DNA of 64,000 nucleotides from Reyranellaceae bacterium (GCA_050181585.1 JBFXDA010000014.1:42714-106713), one strand, 5' to 3'; numbered from the stretch's first letter, positions 20,880 to 31,237 are shown. Notes: generated by a model from the letters alone, not told the origin. Numbers and translations are program-made.

Positions 20880-21434
20880 TCAGATCTTGGGCAGCGTGAC
20901 GCCGCGCTGGCCCTGGTACTTACCCTGCTTGTCGGCGTAGGAGACGGCGCAAGGCTGGTCGCCCTGCAGGAACAGGAACTGGCAGGCGCCCTCGTTGGCG
21001 TAGATCTTGGCCGGCAGCGGCGTGGTGTTGGAGAATTCCAGGGTCACGTGCCCTTCCCATTCCGGCTCCAGCGGCGTGACGTTGACGATGATGCCGCAGC
21101 GGGCATAGGTCGACTTGCCGACGCAGATCACCAGTATGTCGCGCGGCACGCGGAAATACTCCACCGTGCGCGCCAGCGCGAAGCTGTTGGGCGGGATGAT
21201 GCAGACATCGGTGGTGCGGTCGACGAAGGAGTTGGAGGCGAAGTTCTTCGGGTCGACCACGGCGCTGTCGACATTGGTGAAGATCTTGAAGTCGTTGCCG
21301 ACGCGCGCGTCGTAGCCGTAGGACGACAGGCCGTAGGAGATGACGCCCTCCCGCTTCTGCGCGTCGACGAACGGCTCGATCATGCCTTTCTCCTGCGCCA
21401 TGCGGCGGATCCAGATGTCGGACATGATGGCCAT
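20880..21434 (-). CDS. dcd: dCTP deaminase
   Basis: [47 protein letters not shown]. Confidence 0.97.
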   Translation of the reverse strand: MAIMSDIWIRRMAQEKGMIEPFVDAQKREGVISYGLSSYGYDARVGNDFKIFTNVDSAVVDPKNFASNSFVDRTTDVCIIPPNSFALARTVEYFRVPRDILVICVGKSTYARCGIIVNVTPLEPEWEGHVTLEFSNTTPLPAKIYANEGACQFLFLQGDQPCAVSYADKQGKYQGQRGVTLPKI

Positions 21435-21535
21435 CGAAAAACTCCCCGCAGGCGGCGCCCGGGCGGCAGGACGCGGGCGAAAGCGGGTTTTTTGTAGACA
21501 AGCCGGGCCCTCGCCTCAAGGGCGGATCGGCCGAA

Positions 21536-21709
21536 TCAGGTTTTTGCCGGTGAACTATCGGGTTCGACCGGCGAATCACCGGCTTCGGAAGCGGTTTCGG
21601 CGCGCGCGCGGACCTGCGCCTTGCGCCGCTTCAGGTTGTCACGCAAGGCGGCGGCCAGGCGCTGCTGGCGCCGGTCGGCTTCGCTGAGGGGCGGTTTGGG
21701 CTTGGCCAT
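21536..21709 (-). CDS. Small hypothetical protein (~57 aa)
   Basis: RLAAALRDNLKRRKAQ.R motif, which I recall in small alphaproteobacterial proteins near dcd/murA. Confidence 0.6.
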   Translation of the reverse strand: MAKPKPPLSEADRRQQRLAAALRDNLKRRKAQVRARAETASEAGDSPVEPDSSPAKT

Positions 21710-21752
21710 GACTGCGTCATATAGGGCAAACTGGCGGGCGGAGGAAATGCCC

Positions 21753-22676
21753 ATGACCGCAGCCCTGCGCACGCCGGACCAGCGCTTTGCCGATTTGCCC
21801 GGTTTCCCCTTCGCGCCACATTATCTCGCCGAGCTGAGCCCGACCCCGCCTTTCGCCGGGCTGCGCATGCATTATGTGGATGAAAGGCCGCGCCCCGCCG
21901 GCCGTGAGGCCGGGCGCGTGGCGCTGTGCCTGCACGGCCAGCCGAGCTGGAGCTATCTCTACCGGCGCATGATCCCGGTGTTCGTGGACGCCGGCTACCG
22001 GGTGGTGGCGCCCGATCTGTTCGGCTTCGGCCGCTCCGACAAGCCGGTCGACGAGGCGGTCTACACCTTCGATTTCCACCGCGAGTCGCTGCGGCTGTTC
22101 GTCGAGGCGCTCGACCTGCGCCATATCCTGCTGGTGTGCCAGGACTGGGGCGGGCTGCTGGGCCTGACCCTGCCGATGGACATGCCGGGCCGTTTCGAGC
22201 GGCTGCTGGTGATGAACACCATGCTGGGGGTGGGCGACGAGCCGCTGGGCCAGGGTTTCCTGGACTGGCGCGCCTTCTCCAACGCCAATCCCGACATGGC
22301 GGTCGGCCGGCTGTTCAAGCGCGGCTGCCCGCATCTCACCGACGCCGAGGCGGCGGCCTACGACGCCCCCTTCCCCGATGCGCGCTACAAGGCCGGCGTG
22401 CGCCGCTTTCCCAACCTGGTGCCGGACGGGCCGGACGCGCCCGGTGCTGCCATCTCGCGCCGGGCGCGCGACTGGTGGCGGCACCAGTGGCAGGGCGAGA
22501 GCTTCATGGCGGTGGGCGCCAAGGACCCGGTGCTGGGCCCGCCGGTGATGCAGCATCTGCGCGGCTGGATCAGGAACTGTCCCGAACCGATGCTGGTCGC
22601 CGAAGGCGGGCATTTCGTGCAGGAATGGGGCGGGGAGATCGCCCAGGCGGCCGTGCGGCGCTTCGGCACGGTTTAG
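21753..22676 (+). CDS. Haloalkane dehalogenase (DhlA/HLD-I-like)
   Basis: LRTPD.RF..LP, HGQPSWSYLYR, GFGRSDKP, QDWGG nucleophile elbow, G.KDPVL, GGHFVQE. Confidence 0.88.
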   Translation: MTAALRTPDQRFADLPGFPFAPHYLAELSPTPPFAGLRMHYVDERPRPAGREAGRVALCLHGQPSWSYLYRRMIPVFVDAGYRVVAPDLFGFGRSDKPVDEAVYTFDFHRESLRLFVEALDLRHILLVCQDWGGLLGLTLPMDMPGRFERLLVMNTMLGVGDEPLGQGFLDWRAFSNANPDMAVGRLFKRGCPHLTDAEAAAYDAPFPDARYKAGVRRFPNLVPDGPDAPGAAISRRARDWWRHQWQGESFMAVGAKDPVLGPPVMQHLRGWIRNCPEPMLVAEGGHFVQEWGGEIAQAAVRRFGTV

Positions 22677-22760
22677 TCGCGCAATGCCACTGGCCTTCGT
22701 CCGGGCGAAAACCGATAATCCGCGGCACGGCCCGGTCGCGGCCGCGGGGGCTTGGGGGCG

Positions 22761-23531
22761 ATGTTGGATTTCCTGAAACGCGGGCCGGACGGCGAACGCA
22801 AGGGCCGGACGCTGGAGGTCGGCTGGGTGCTGCAGCCGGACGCCGCCACCGTGGTCTGGTTCGATCCGCAGCCGTTCCGCCGCGAGAGCGGCCAGCCGGG
22901 CTCGGCCAAGGCGGTGCAGAACTGCCCGGCGGTGATCGACTACGAGGCGCGGCACATCGTGGTGCCCTGCCCGGTCGATCTCAATCTCGGCCTGGGGCGC
23001 GACAAGGACGGCAAGCTGGTGCTGCGCAATCTCGACGGCGCGCAAAGCGCGGTCGCCGCCTCGCATCTGGCCAAGCTGGTGCATCTCAACGGGCCGGGCC
23101 AGTGGCGCCATCCCGAGCGGCCGATCATCCAGATCGGCACGCCCTACCGCTTCGTCGCCGACGAGGGCTGCTATCTCAACCAGCTGCCGCCCTTCCTGCA
23201 TTACCGGCGCGATCCGCTGCCCGGCCTGATGATCGGCGGGCGCTTCCAGCTCGACGTCTGGCCGCGCATCATGATGTGGGCATTCGAATGGATGGAGCCC
23301 AACAAGCCGCTGGTGCTGCGCCGGGGCGAGCCGTGGTTCTACCTGCGCTTCGAGGCGGCCGACGACGCCACCCGCCCCATCCGCCTGATCGAGGCGGAAT
23401 GGACGCCCGAGCTGGCGGAATATTCCAAGAGCATCGACAGCGTCACCAACTACGTCAAACGCACCTTCTCCCTCTTCCCGCTGGCGGCCAAGCGCCGGCC
23501 CAGGACGCTGCTGAAGAAGAAGGTGCGCTAA
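22761..23531 (+). CDS. Hypothetical protein
   Basis: Host-like codon use, no TM; CPAV...VVPCP.D and L.RGEPWFY motifs. Confidence 0.8.
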   Translation: MLDFLKRGPDGERKGRTLEVGWVLQPDAATVVWFDPQPFRRESGQPGSAKAVQNCPAVIDYEARHIVVPCPVDLNLGLGRDKDGKLVLRNLDGAQSAVAASHLAKLVHLNGPGQWRHPERPIIQIGTPYRFVADEGCYLNQLPPFLHYRRDPLPGLMIGGRFQLDVWPRIMMWAFEWMEPNKPLVLRRGEPWFYLRFEAADDATRPIRLIEAEWTPELAEYSKSIDSVTNYVKRTFSLFPLAAKRRPRTLLKKKVR

Positions 23532-23603
23532 GGACTTCCCTCGTCCTTGCAAGATGCGCTGCCCTTGTCAGGCTGCGCGACGTCCACTTTTCGTCACAGC
23601 GCG

Positions 23604-24074
23604 TCAGTCTGCATTCCAGTTCGGCAGTCGCGCGTCAGGGTGCTTGTCGACCACGAAACGAGGATCGATGCCGTGCTCGAGCCAGATCTTGGCCCCGGCA
23701 AGCATCAGCATGAAGCCACCCATCGAATCGAGCGCCTTCGTGACCTGTTCGTCACCTTCACCGAAGCCGCGATTGACGACCTCGACCACGGTCTGATCGC
23801 CCCGATCGTCGAACGTCCACTCTATCTCGGTCGGATTGTCCTCCACATCCCAGTCGACCAGAATGCGCCGATTGGGTTCGATGGCCTTAACCCGCACATT
23901 GGACGAGGCCCCATACATTCCCCAAGTCCAGGTGACCTTAGCATCCGGCTCAAGGCGCCCGCTGCCCTCGGTGAACCAGAAGCGCGAGGTGACGGCGGGA
24001 TCGACAAAGGCCTCGAATACGACGTTGGCGGGCCGGCGTATCAGCAAGCTGGTGGCGACAACGGGAGCAACCAT
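23604..24074 (-). CDS. SRPBCC / AHSA1-like protein
   Basis: LIRRP...VFEAF.DP.VT..FWFT..SGRLE, DSMGGF...LAG.K.WLEHGI; AGGAGG RBS. Confidence 0.85.
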   Translation of the reverse strand: MVAPVVATSLLIRRPANVVFEAFVDPAVTSRFWFTEGSGRLEPDAKVTWTWGMYGASSNVRVKAIEPNRRILVDWDVEDNPTEIEWTFDDRGDQTVVEVVNRGFGEGDEQVTKALDSMGGFMLMLAGAKIWLEHGIDPRFVVDKHPDARLPNWNAD

Positions 24075-24313
24075 TGTGACGTCCTCCTTAGAGCCTAACC
24101 GAAAAGGGAGCGAGTGATTTCGGCCGGCTGTGTCTGCTTCGGATTCGCAAAGATACGCGAGAGAACGCCATGCCATAGGGTAAAACCACTCGCGCCCGCT
24201 ATCGGCGCGACGGATTTGCGCTATGCAGGCGATACGGCCGACGCGGAATGGCGGCCGACCGCGCGCCACCTGGCGCGGCAGCGCTACGCGTCTTGCAGGG
24301 ACGAGGACGTTCG

Positions 24314-26119
24314 TTACGCCGCCCGCTGCGCCTCGATCTCCTTCGCCAGCGCCGCCGGCACCTTGACCGGCATGTCGAGCAGCATCTGGGCATAGGCCTT
24401 GCCCTGCGGGTCGGCCTGCAGCGAGGCGATGCCGCCGCCGCCCAGCGCTTGGCGCAGCAGGAAGTTGAAGCCGCCGATGCCTGGCAGGGCCCAGCGGCTG
24501 ACCTTGCCCTTGATGCGGTGGGCGAAGAACTGCGCCACCGCGTGCTCGCTCACCTGGGCGGCGATCAGCGGCAGGTACTCCGGCTTGCGGGCGATGATGC
24601 CGATGTTGCAGCTATCGCCCTTGTCGCCGCTCCGGCCATAGGCCAGCGTCACCAGCGGCACGGTAACGGCGTCGCCGCCCGGGATCGAACCAGCAATGGC
24701 GGGGTCTTGCGGCAGCGACGCCGGATCGAACCCGCCCGCGCTGGGCACCTCGACCGGGATGCGCCGGCCGTCGAGGTCGATCTCGACCGGCACCATCGTC
24801 TTGGGCACCAGGCAGGAGAACAGGCGGATCACCGGATTGGGCGTGGCGCGGCCGGAGCCGAAGAACCCGGTCATGCCCGGCACGCCGCCGGTGCCCATGG
24901 GCGAGATCTCGCGGCCCAGGATGGTCAGCGCCTCCTTCTGGTCGTGGCGGGCGGCGATCTTCACCACCACCTCGCGCGAACCGCCATGGCTTGCATGCGG
25001 ACCGTAGGTCGCCTCCGCGCCCAGGGTCTCGATACTGACTTCGCGGAAATCGCCCAGGTTGCGCTCGCGCAGCATGCGGCGCACGCGCTTGACGATGACG
25101 TCGGCGATGTGCTGGCCCTTCCTGGCCGCGTCGATGCCGCCCAACAGGAAAGCGGCGGTGAGCTTGAAGCCGTCGGGATAGGTGGCCGAGGTCTTGTAGC
25201 TGTCGGTCGGCGCACGCCCCACCGCGCCGGAGACGCGCACCACGTCCTTGCCCACCTGCTCGATCTTCACCCGCGTGAAGTCGCAAGCCACGTCGGGCAG
25301 CAGATAGGCGCGCGGATCGCCGATCTCGTACAGCATCTGCTCGCCCACCGTGGCCGGGGTGATCAGCCCGCCGGTATTCGCCGGCTTGGAGACGGTGAAG
25401 GCGCCGCTCTCGTCGACCTCGGCGATGGGGAAGCCCATGTTGTCGAAATCGGGCACAAGGTGCCAGTCGGTGAAGTTGCCGCCATTGCACTGCGCGCCGC
25501 ATTCCAGGATGTGGCCGGCCAGCGAGCCCATGGCGAGCTTGTCGAAGTCTTCCGCCCGCCAACCGAATTCGTGCATCAGCGGCCCCAGCACCAGCGCGGA
25601 ATCCACGCAGCGGCCGGTGATGACCACGTCGGCGCCCTCGGCCAAAGCGCGGGCGATCGGCACAGCGCCGAGATAAGCGTTCATGCTGACCAGCTTCTCC
25701 GGCAGGGGCTCGCTGCCGTCGAGTTCGACGATGCCGGCGTCGCGCAGCTCGTTGCCGCGCGCCATCAGGTCATCGCCCAGCACCACCGCCACTTTCAGCG
25801 TCACGCCGGCCGCTTCCGCCGCCTTGACCACCGCATCGCGGCAGGCCAGCGGATTGACGCCGCCGGCATTGGACACGACCTTGATCTTCTTCTCGGCGAT
25901 CTCGCGCGCCAGCGGCGCCATGACATGGGTGACGAAATCGGTGGCGTAGCCGGCCTCCGGCTTGCGCAGGCGCATGGCGGCCATGATCGACATGGTGATC
26001 TCGGCCAGGTAGTCGTTGATCAGGTAGTCGATATCGCCGTGGCGCACCAGCTGCACCGCCGCCAGCTCCGTGTCGCCCCAGAAGCCGGAGCTGCCGCCGA
26101 TGCGAATCTTCCTGCCCAT
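24314..26119 (-). CDS. atuA: Acyclic terpene utilization AtuA family protein (DUF1446)
   Basis: IRIGG.SGFWGD, DYLAEITM, NAGGVNP, TGRCVDS, GH.LECGAQ..GGNF, EQ.LYEIGDP, RSGDKGD, DPQGK. Confidence 0.9.
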   Translation of the reverse strand: MGRKIRIGGSSGFWGDTELAAVQLVRHGDIDYLINDYLAEITMSIMAAMRLRKPEAGYATDFVTHVMAPLAREIAEKKIKVVSNAGGVNPLACRDAVVKAAEAAGVTLKVAVVLGDDLMARGNELRDAGIVELDGSEPLPEKLVSMNAYLGAVPIARALAEGADVVITGRCVDSALVLGPLMHEFGWRAEDFDKLAMGSLAGHILECGAQCNGGNFTDWHLVPDFDNMGFPIAEVDESGAFTVSKPANTGGLITPATVGEQMLYEIGDPRAYLLPDVACDFTRVKIEQVGKDVVRVSGAVGRAPTDSYKTSATYPDGFKLTAAFLLGGIDAARKGQHIADVIVKRVRRMLRERNLGDFREVSIETLGAEATYGPHASHGGSREVVVKIAARHDQKEALTILGREISPMGTGGVPGMTGFFGSGRATPNPVIRLFSCLVPKTMVPVEIDLDGRRIPVEVPSAGGFDPASLPQDPAIAGSIPGGDAVTVPLVTLAYGRSGDKGDSCNIGIIARKPEYLPLIAAQVSEHAVAQFFAHRIKGKVSRWALPGIGGFNFLLRQALGGGGIASLQADPQGKAYAQMLLDMPVKVPAALAKEIEAQRAA

Positions 26120-26141
26120 GACGTCTCTCCCGAATTTCCGC

Positions 26142-26924
26142 TCAGCGCTTGCGATTGACGAAATTGCCCATCAGCGTCTTGGGTTCGTCGCTTTCCATCG
26201 ACTGGGCGAAGGCGTCGATGCCCGACCGCACCGCCTGGTCGAGCGGCAGCTGCTCCCAGCGCCGCATCAGCATCTTCTGCAGCCGGATCGCCTTCGGCCC
26301 CGCCTCCAGGATGGAATGCAGCCAGCGATCGACCGCGGCATCGAGTGCGGCCGCCGGCACCACCGATTCGACGAAGCGCCACTCATAGGCGGTGCGGGCG
26401 TCGATATTGTCGGCCACCAGCAGCATCTGGGCGGTGCGGCCCCAGCCGATCAGCCGCGGCAGCAGGGCGGCCTCGACCACCGAGGGCACGCCGACCCTGA
26501 CCTCGGGCATGCCGAACACGGCGTTGTCGGCGGCGATGCGCAGGTCGCAGGAGGCCGCGATTTCCAGCCCCGCGCCCAGGCAATAGCCGTTGACGCGGGC
26601 GATGGCCGGCACCGGCAGCTCGCGCAGCGCCAGGCAGCTTCCGTGCACCTTGGTGATGAAGGCGCGGGCCGCCGCGGAATCCAGCGTCGCCATCTCGTAG
26701 ATGTCGGCGCCGCCGATGAAGGACTTGGCGCCCGCCCCGGTCAGCACCACGGCGCGCAAATCCTCGTCCGTGCCCAGCGCCCGCACCGTGGCGACGAATT
26801 CCTCCATCAGGGCGGAATTCATGGTGTTGAGCTTGCGCTCGTTCTCGATCGCCACATGCGCGACCTTGCCGCCGGCATGCGTGTCGGTCCTGACGCTGAT
26901 CTGCTTGGTCCTGGCGCCTGACAT
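26142..26924 (-). CDS. Enoyl-CoA hydratase/isomerase family protein
   Basis: FIGGADI, NGYCLGAGLE, FGMPEV.VG. Confidence 0.9.
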   Translation of the reverse strand: MSGARTKQISVRTDTHAGGKVAHVAIENERKLNTMNSALMEEFVATVRALGTDEDLRAVVLTGAGAKSFIGGADIYEMATLDSAAARAFITKVHGSCLALRELPVPAIARVNGYCLGAGLEIAASCDLRIAADNAVFGMPEVRVGVPSVVEAALLPRLIGWGRTAQMLLVADNIDARTAYEWRFVESVVPAAALDAAVDRWLHSILEAGPKAIRLQKMLMRRWEQLPLDQAVRSGIDAFAQSMESDEPKTLMGNFVNRKR

Positions 26925-27075
26925 TGCCTCGTTCCGTTTCCTTGCCGCTTGCCGGTCATTTAAGTATGGCCCCGTCGTTTCGTAAACGGCGATTCACGAC
27001 CGTCATTTCCGCAGGGCGGCTGGCGCGGCAGGAACGTGCAAGACCGGTCCGGCCCCGGCGTCCTATGCCACGGCG

Positions 27076-27666
27076 ATGGAAACGCTCCTCGCCTTCATCG
27101 CCGCCGGCATGGCGCTGGCGGGCAGTCCGGGTCCCGCCACGCTGAGCCTGGCGGCGACGGGCGCCGCCTATGGCGCACGCCGCGGCGTCTTCTACATGCT
27201 GGGCATCAACCTGGGCATGGTGGCGGTGATGGCGATCACCGCCAGCGGCGTCGCCGGGCTGCTGCTGGCGATCCCCGGCGCCGCACCTTTGCTGATCGCC
27301 GGTGCGGCGCTCTATTTCCTCTATCTGGCCTGGCGCATCGCCACCGCCCCGCCACTGGCGCGGCAGAGCGACCAGGTGCGCCCGCCCTCGGCCGTGGCGG
27401 GCTTCCTGCTGTCGCTGGTCAATCCCAAGGGCTATGCCGCCATGGCGGCGCTGTTTTCCGGCTTCACCCTGATCGAGGCGCGGCCCGCGCTCGATGCCGG
27501 GCTGAAGATCGCCGTGCTGTGCGGCGTCATCGCGGCGGTGAACGTGGCCTGGCTGCTGCTCGGCGTCGCCCTGACGCGCGCCTTCCGCGATCCGACGCTG
27601 AACCGCATCATCAATGTCTGCTTCGCGGTCCTGCTGCTGGCCTCATTGGCCGCCCTTCTGGTCTAG
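27076..27666 (+). CDS. LysE/RhtB family exporter
   Basis: SPGPA, G..Y..YLAW, NPKG; hydrophobic, 196 aa. Confidence 0.9.
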   Translation: METLLAFIAAGMALAGSPGPATLSLAATGAAYGARRGVFYMLGINLGMVAVMAITASGVAGLLLAIPGAAPLLIAGAALYFLYLAWRIATAPPLARQSDQVRPPSAVAGFLLSLVNPKGYAAMAALFSGFTLIEARPALDAGLKIAVLCGVIAAVNVAWLLLGVALTRAFRDPTLNRIINVCFAVLLLASLAALLV

Positions 27667-28115
27667 CGGCGGAAATCGCCGCCACCCTCGAAGCTGGCGT
27701 CGCCCAGCAGGCCCTGCCCGGGCACGTGGCAGATCTCCAGCCGGATGCCGTCGGGATCCTCGAACAGCACGTAGTAGTAGCCCGGCGCCCAGCTTCCCTC
27801 CTGCGGCCCGCGCACGATGGTGGCGCCCTGCGCGCGCAGGAATTCGGCGGTGCGGTCGATGTCCTCGCGCGTCTTGGCGCGGAAGCACAGGTGATGCAGG
27901 CCGACGCGATACTGCACGAAGCGCTGGCCGCGATGCGCCTCTTCCGCCGGCTGGATGCCCAGCGCGGTGCGGCCGCCGACCCAGTAGACGAAGCCGTCGC
28001 TGTCGAACACCTTGGCCATGCCGAAGAACGGCAGCACCGCGCCGTAGAAGCCGCGCGCCGCCTCGAAGCTGGAAACGGTGAGGACGACATGCGCCATGCC
28101 GTTGATGTCGATCAT
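27663..28115 (-). CDS. VOC / glyoxalase family protein
   Basis: From ATG 28115: GMAHVVLTVS, GLHHLCF.A, YY.VLFEDPDGIRLE. Confidence 0.9.
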   Translation of the reverse strand: MIDINGMAHVVLTVSSFEAARGFYGAVLPFFGMAKVFDSDGFVYWVGGRTALGIQPAEEAHRGQRFVQYRVGLHHLCFRAKTREDIDRTAEFLRAQGATIVRGPQEGSWAPGYYYVLFEDPDGIRLEICHVPGQGLLGDASFEGGGDFRR

Positions 28116-28825
28116 CGCCCTTGCTCCCCGTCGCGGCGCCGGTACTGGGTGGCGCCGAACATGATCTCGCGCGCCTCCTTCTGGTTGGGCACGCCGGTCA
28201 GATGCTGGCGCAGCAGGTCGAGCCCGCGCTGCACCGCCGGCCGGGCGCGGATGTCGCCGTACCAGCGCCGCACATGGGCGAACTCGTCGAGGCTGAGATT
28301 GGCCAGCTTGTGGATGCGCACCCAGGGAAAGCAGGCGATGTCGGCGATGGAGTATTCGTCGGCCAGGTATTCGCGCTGCGCCAGATGCGCGTCCATCACC
28401 GCCAGCAGCCGGCCGCCCTCGTTGGTGTAGCGCTCGATGGCGTAGGGATGCTTCTCCGCCGCATAGGTCCAGAAATGCTGGCCCTGCCCCAGCATCGGCC
28501 CCAGCCCCGCCATCTGCCACATCAGCCAGTTGATCGCCTCCTGGCGCAGATGCCGGTCCGCCGGCAGGAAGCGGCCGAATTTCTCCGCCAGATAGAGCAG
28601 GATGGCTCCCGACTCGAAGACGCGGATCGGCCGGCCGCCTTCCTCGATATGGTCGAGCAGGGCAGGGATGCGGCGGTTGGGGTTGATGGCGGCGAAGCCG
28701 GGTTCCATCTGCGCGCCCTTGAAGATGTCGACCGGCACCAGCCGGTACGGCACGCCCAGTTCCTCCAGCAGGATTTGCGGCTTGTGCCCATTGGGCGTGG
28801 CCCAGGTGTAAAGCTCCAATGTCAT
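28112..28825 (-). CDS. Glutathione S-transferase, YfcG/Nu-class-like
   Basis: LYTWATPNG.K, INPN.RIP, FESGAIL.YLA, WL.WQM.GLGPM.GQ, YSIADIA. Confidence 0.92.
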   Translation of the reverse strand: MTLELYTWATPNGHKPQILLEELGVPYRLVPVDIFKGAQMEPGFAAINPNRRIPALLDHIEEGGRPIRVFESGAILLYLAEKFGRFLPADRHLRQEAINWLMWQMAGLGPMLGQGQHFWTYAAEKHPYAIERYTNEGGRLLAVMDAHLAQREYLADEYSIADIACFPWVRIHKLANLSLDEFAHVRRWYGDIRARPAVQRGLDLLRQHLTGVPNQKEAREIMFGATQYRRRDGEQGR

Positions 28826-28837
28826 CGCCGCCTCCGC

Positions 28838-29614
28838 TCAGCGCCCGGTGAACTTCGCCTTGCGCTTCTCGGTGAAGGCAGCGAAGCCCTCGCGCGCATC
28901 CTCCGACTGGAACAGCAGGCCGATATTGCGCCGCTCATGCGCCAGCCCGGCTTCCAGCGGCAGACCCGTGCCGTCCCACACCGAGCGCTTGATCCTGCCG
29001 ATGGCGAAGGTCGCCGATCCCGCCAGGGTGCGGGCGAACGCCATCGTCTGGCCGGCAAGCTCGCCCGGTTCGCAGAGGCGATCGATCAGGCCGATACGAT
29101 GCGCCTCCTCCGGCGACACCGGCGCGCCGGTGATCATCATCTCCAGCGCCCGGCTGGCGCCGATCAGCGCCGGCAGGCGCTGGGTGCCGCCATTGCCGGG
29201 CAGGATGCCCAGGGTCACTTCCGGCAGGCCCAGCCGGTACTGGCCCTTGGCGGCAAAGCGCAGGTCGCAGGCCAGGGCGAATTCGAGCCCGCCGCCCAGC
29301 GCGTGGCCGGCGATCTCGGCGATGTAGATTTTCTCGCTCAGTCCGATGCGACTGAGGCATTCATGCGCCACGGCGATGAAATCCATGTTCTGGCGCGGCG
29401 TATTGGCCAGGAAGCGCTTGATGTCGGCGCCGCCGCAGAAGAATCCCGGCAGCGCCGAGCGCAGCACTACGACGCGGCAGCCGGGATCGCTCTCGGCGGC
29501 AGTGATGGCGGCATCGAGGGCGCGGATGACGTCGATGTGGTAGGAATTGGCCGGCGGCCGGTTCAGTTCGATGCGTCCCACGCCCTCGGCGCAGGCATAG
29601 CCGATTTCGCTCAT
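28838..29614 (-). CDS. Enoyl-CoA hydratase/isomerase family protein
   Basis: From ATG 29614: LNRPPAN, FCGGADI, ALGGGLE, GLPEV.LG.LPG.GGTQRL. Confidence 0.92.
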   Translation of the reverse strand: MSEIGYACAEGVGRIELNRPPANSYHIDVIRALDAAITAAESDPGCRVVVLRSALPGFFCGGADIKRFLANTPRQNMDFIAVAHECLSRIGLSEKIYIAEIAGHALGGGLEFALACDLRFAAKGQYRLGLPEVTLGILPGNGGTQRLPALIGASRALEMMITGAPVSPEEAHRIGLIDRLCEPGELAGQTMAFARTLAGSATFAIGRIKRSVWDGTGLPLEAGLAHERRNIGLLFQSEDAREGFAAFTEKRKAKFTGR

Positions 29615-31164
29615 CTGGTTTCCTCCGCTGCGATTTCGATTGCCGCCGCGCTCTGGCGCAGCCGCGTCTTCAGCACCTTGCCGGCGGCGTTGCGCGGCAG
29701 GGCCTCGACCAGCACGAATTGGCGCGGCACCTTGTAGCGGGCCAGATGGCGGGCGCAGTGCGCCGCCAGCGCCTGCGCGGCCGGCCGCCGGCCCCGCCGC
29801 GGCACGACGAAGGCCAGCCCGCATTCGCCCCATTTCTCGTCCGCCATGCCGATGACGGCGCAGTCCTCGACACCCTCGGCCTGCGCCAGCACGCGTTCGA
29901 TCTCGGCCGGATAGACGTTCTCGCCGCCGGAGATGAACATGTCCTTCCAGCGGTCGACGATGTAGTGAAACCCCGCCTCGTCGCGCCAGGCGGCGTCGCC
30001 GGTGCGAAACCAGCCGTCGGGCGCAAAAGCATCGCGCGTCGCCTCCGGCCGGTTCCAGTAGCCCGGCGTCACCACCGGCCCGCGCACCAGCAATTCGCCC
30101 ACCGTGCCCGCCGGCACCGGCCGGGCGTCGGCATCGACGATCATGGTCTGCGCGAACATCGAGGGCAGGCCGGACGAGGCCAGCCTGTCCCCGGACGCTT
30201 GCGCGGGCGTGATCAGGGCCAGCGGCCCGGCCTCGGTCATGCCCCAGCACTGGCGCAGGTCCAGGCCCAGCACCGCATAGCGTTCGATCAGCGCCGGCGG
30301 ACAGGGCGCGCCGGCCACCGCCAGGCCGCGCAGCCGGGCCGGATCGAGCGCCTCGAAGCCGGGTTCCGCCGCCAGCGCGGCATGGATGGTGGGCACGCCC
30401 AGCATGTGGCTGACGCCGCCGCTGGCCAGCAGCGTGACCACGCGCGCCGGCTCGAACTCGCGCAGCACCAGGTTGACGCCGCCGGCGAAGAACACCGGAT
30501 TGGCGAAGACGTTCAGCCCGCCGGTGTGGAAGGTCGGCAGCACCACCAGGTTGCGGCTGTCGCCGTCGATGCCGAAGCTGGCGCACAGCGTGACGGCGTT
30601 GACGAACGCCATGCGATAGGTGATCTGCGCGCCCTTGGGCCGGCCGGTGGTGCCGGAGGTGTAGATCATGGCCCAGACATCGCTGTCGCGCCCCGGGCCC
30701 GACGCGCATTCGTCGGCCGCCGCCGCCAGCCCCGCCTCGTAGGGGCCGGGCAGGCCGTTGTCCATCCGCACCAGCCCGCGCAGGGGAACGTCCGCGCGGA
30801 TCGCCAGCGCCTGCGGGGCGAACTCCGCGCCGTGGAACAGCACCACCGCCGCGGCGTCGGCGGCGATGAAGCGCAGCTCGTCCGGCGCCAGCCGCCAGTT
30901 CAGCGGCACGAACACCGCGCCCAGGCGCTGGCAGGCGAACTGCAGCTCGAAGACGTCGCTGTCGTTCTTGGACAGCACCAGCACGCGATCGCCGCGCCGC
31001 ACGGCGAAGCCGGCCCGCAGCCAGTTGGCCAGGCGGCAAATGCGCCGGTCGAACGCGGCATAGGTGAACTCGCGGCCCGAGACCAGGTCGATGCAGGCCA
31101 GCCGTCCGGGCGCGACGCGCGCGTGGTAGGCGATCCAGTCCGCCGCCGGCATGACGCTGTCCAT
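29611..31164 (-). CDS. Acyl-CoA synthetase (AMP-forming)
   Basis: YTSGTTGRPKG, WGMTE, GWFRTGD, DRWKDMFISGGENVYPAEIE, LPRNAAGKVLK. Confidence 0.93.
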   Translation of the reverse strand: MDSVMPAADWIAYHARVAPGRLACIDLVSGREFTYAAFDRRICRLANWLRAGFAVRRGDRVLVLSKNDSDVFELQFACQRLGAVFVPLNWRLAPDELRFIAADAAAVVLFHGAEFAPQALAIRADVPLRGLVRMDNGLPGPYEAGLAAAADECASGPGRDSDVWAMIYTSGTTGRPKGAQITYRMAFVNAVTLCASFGIDGDSRNLVVLPTFHTGGLNVFANPVFFAGGVNLVLREFEPARVVTLLASGGVSHMLGVPTIHAALAAEPGFEALDPARLRGLAVAGAPCPPALIERYAVLGLDLRQCWGMTEAGPLALITPAQASGDRLASSGLPSMFAQTMIVDADARPVPAGTVGELLVRGPVVTPGYWNRPEATRDAFAPDGWFRTGDAAWRDEAGFHYIVDRWKDMFISGGENVYPAEIERVLAQAEGVEDCAVIGMADEKWGECGLAFVVPRRGRRPAAQALAAHCARHLARYKVPRQFVLVEALPRNAAGKVLKTRLRQSAAAIEIAAEETR

Positions 31165-31237
31165 GCTTCCTCCCTCGGCGGGAGAGATAGCGAGGACGCG
31201 CGCGGCCGGTCTTGGACGTTACTGCGTCGGGGTGCGG

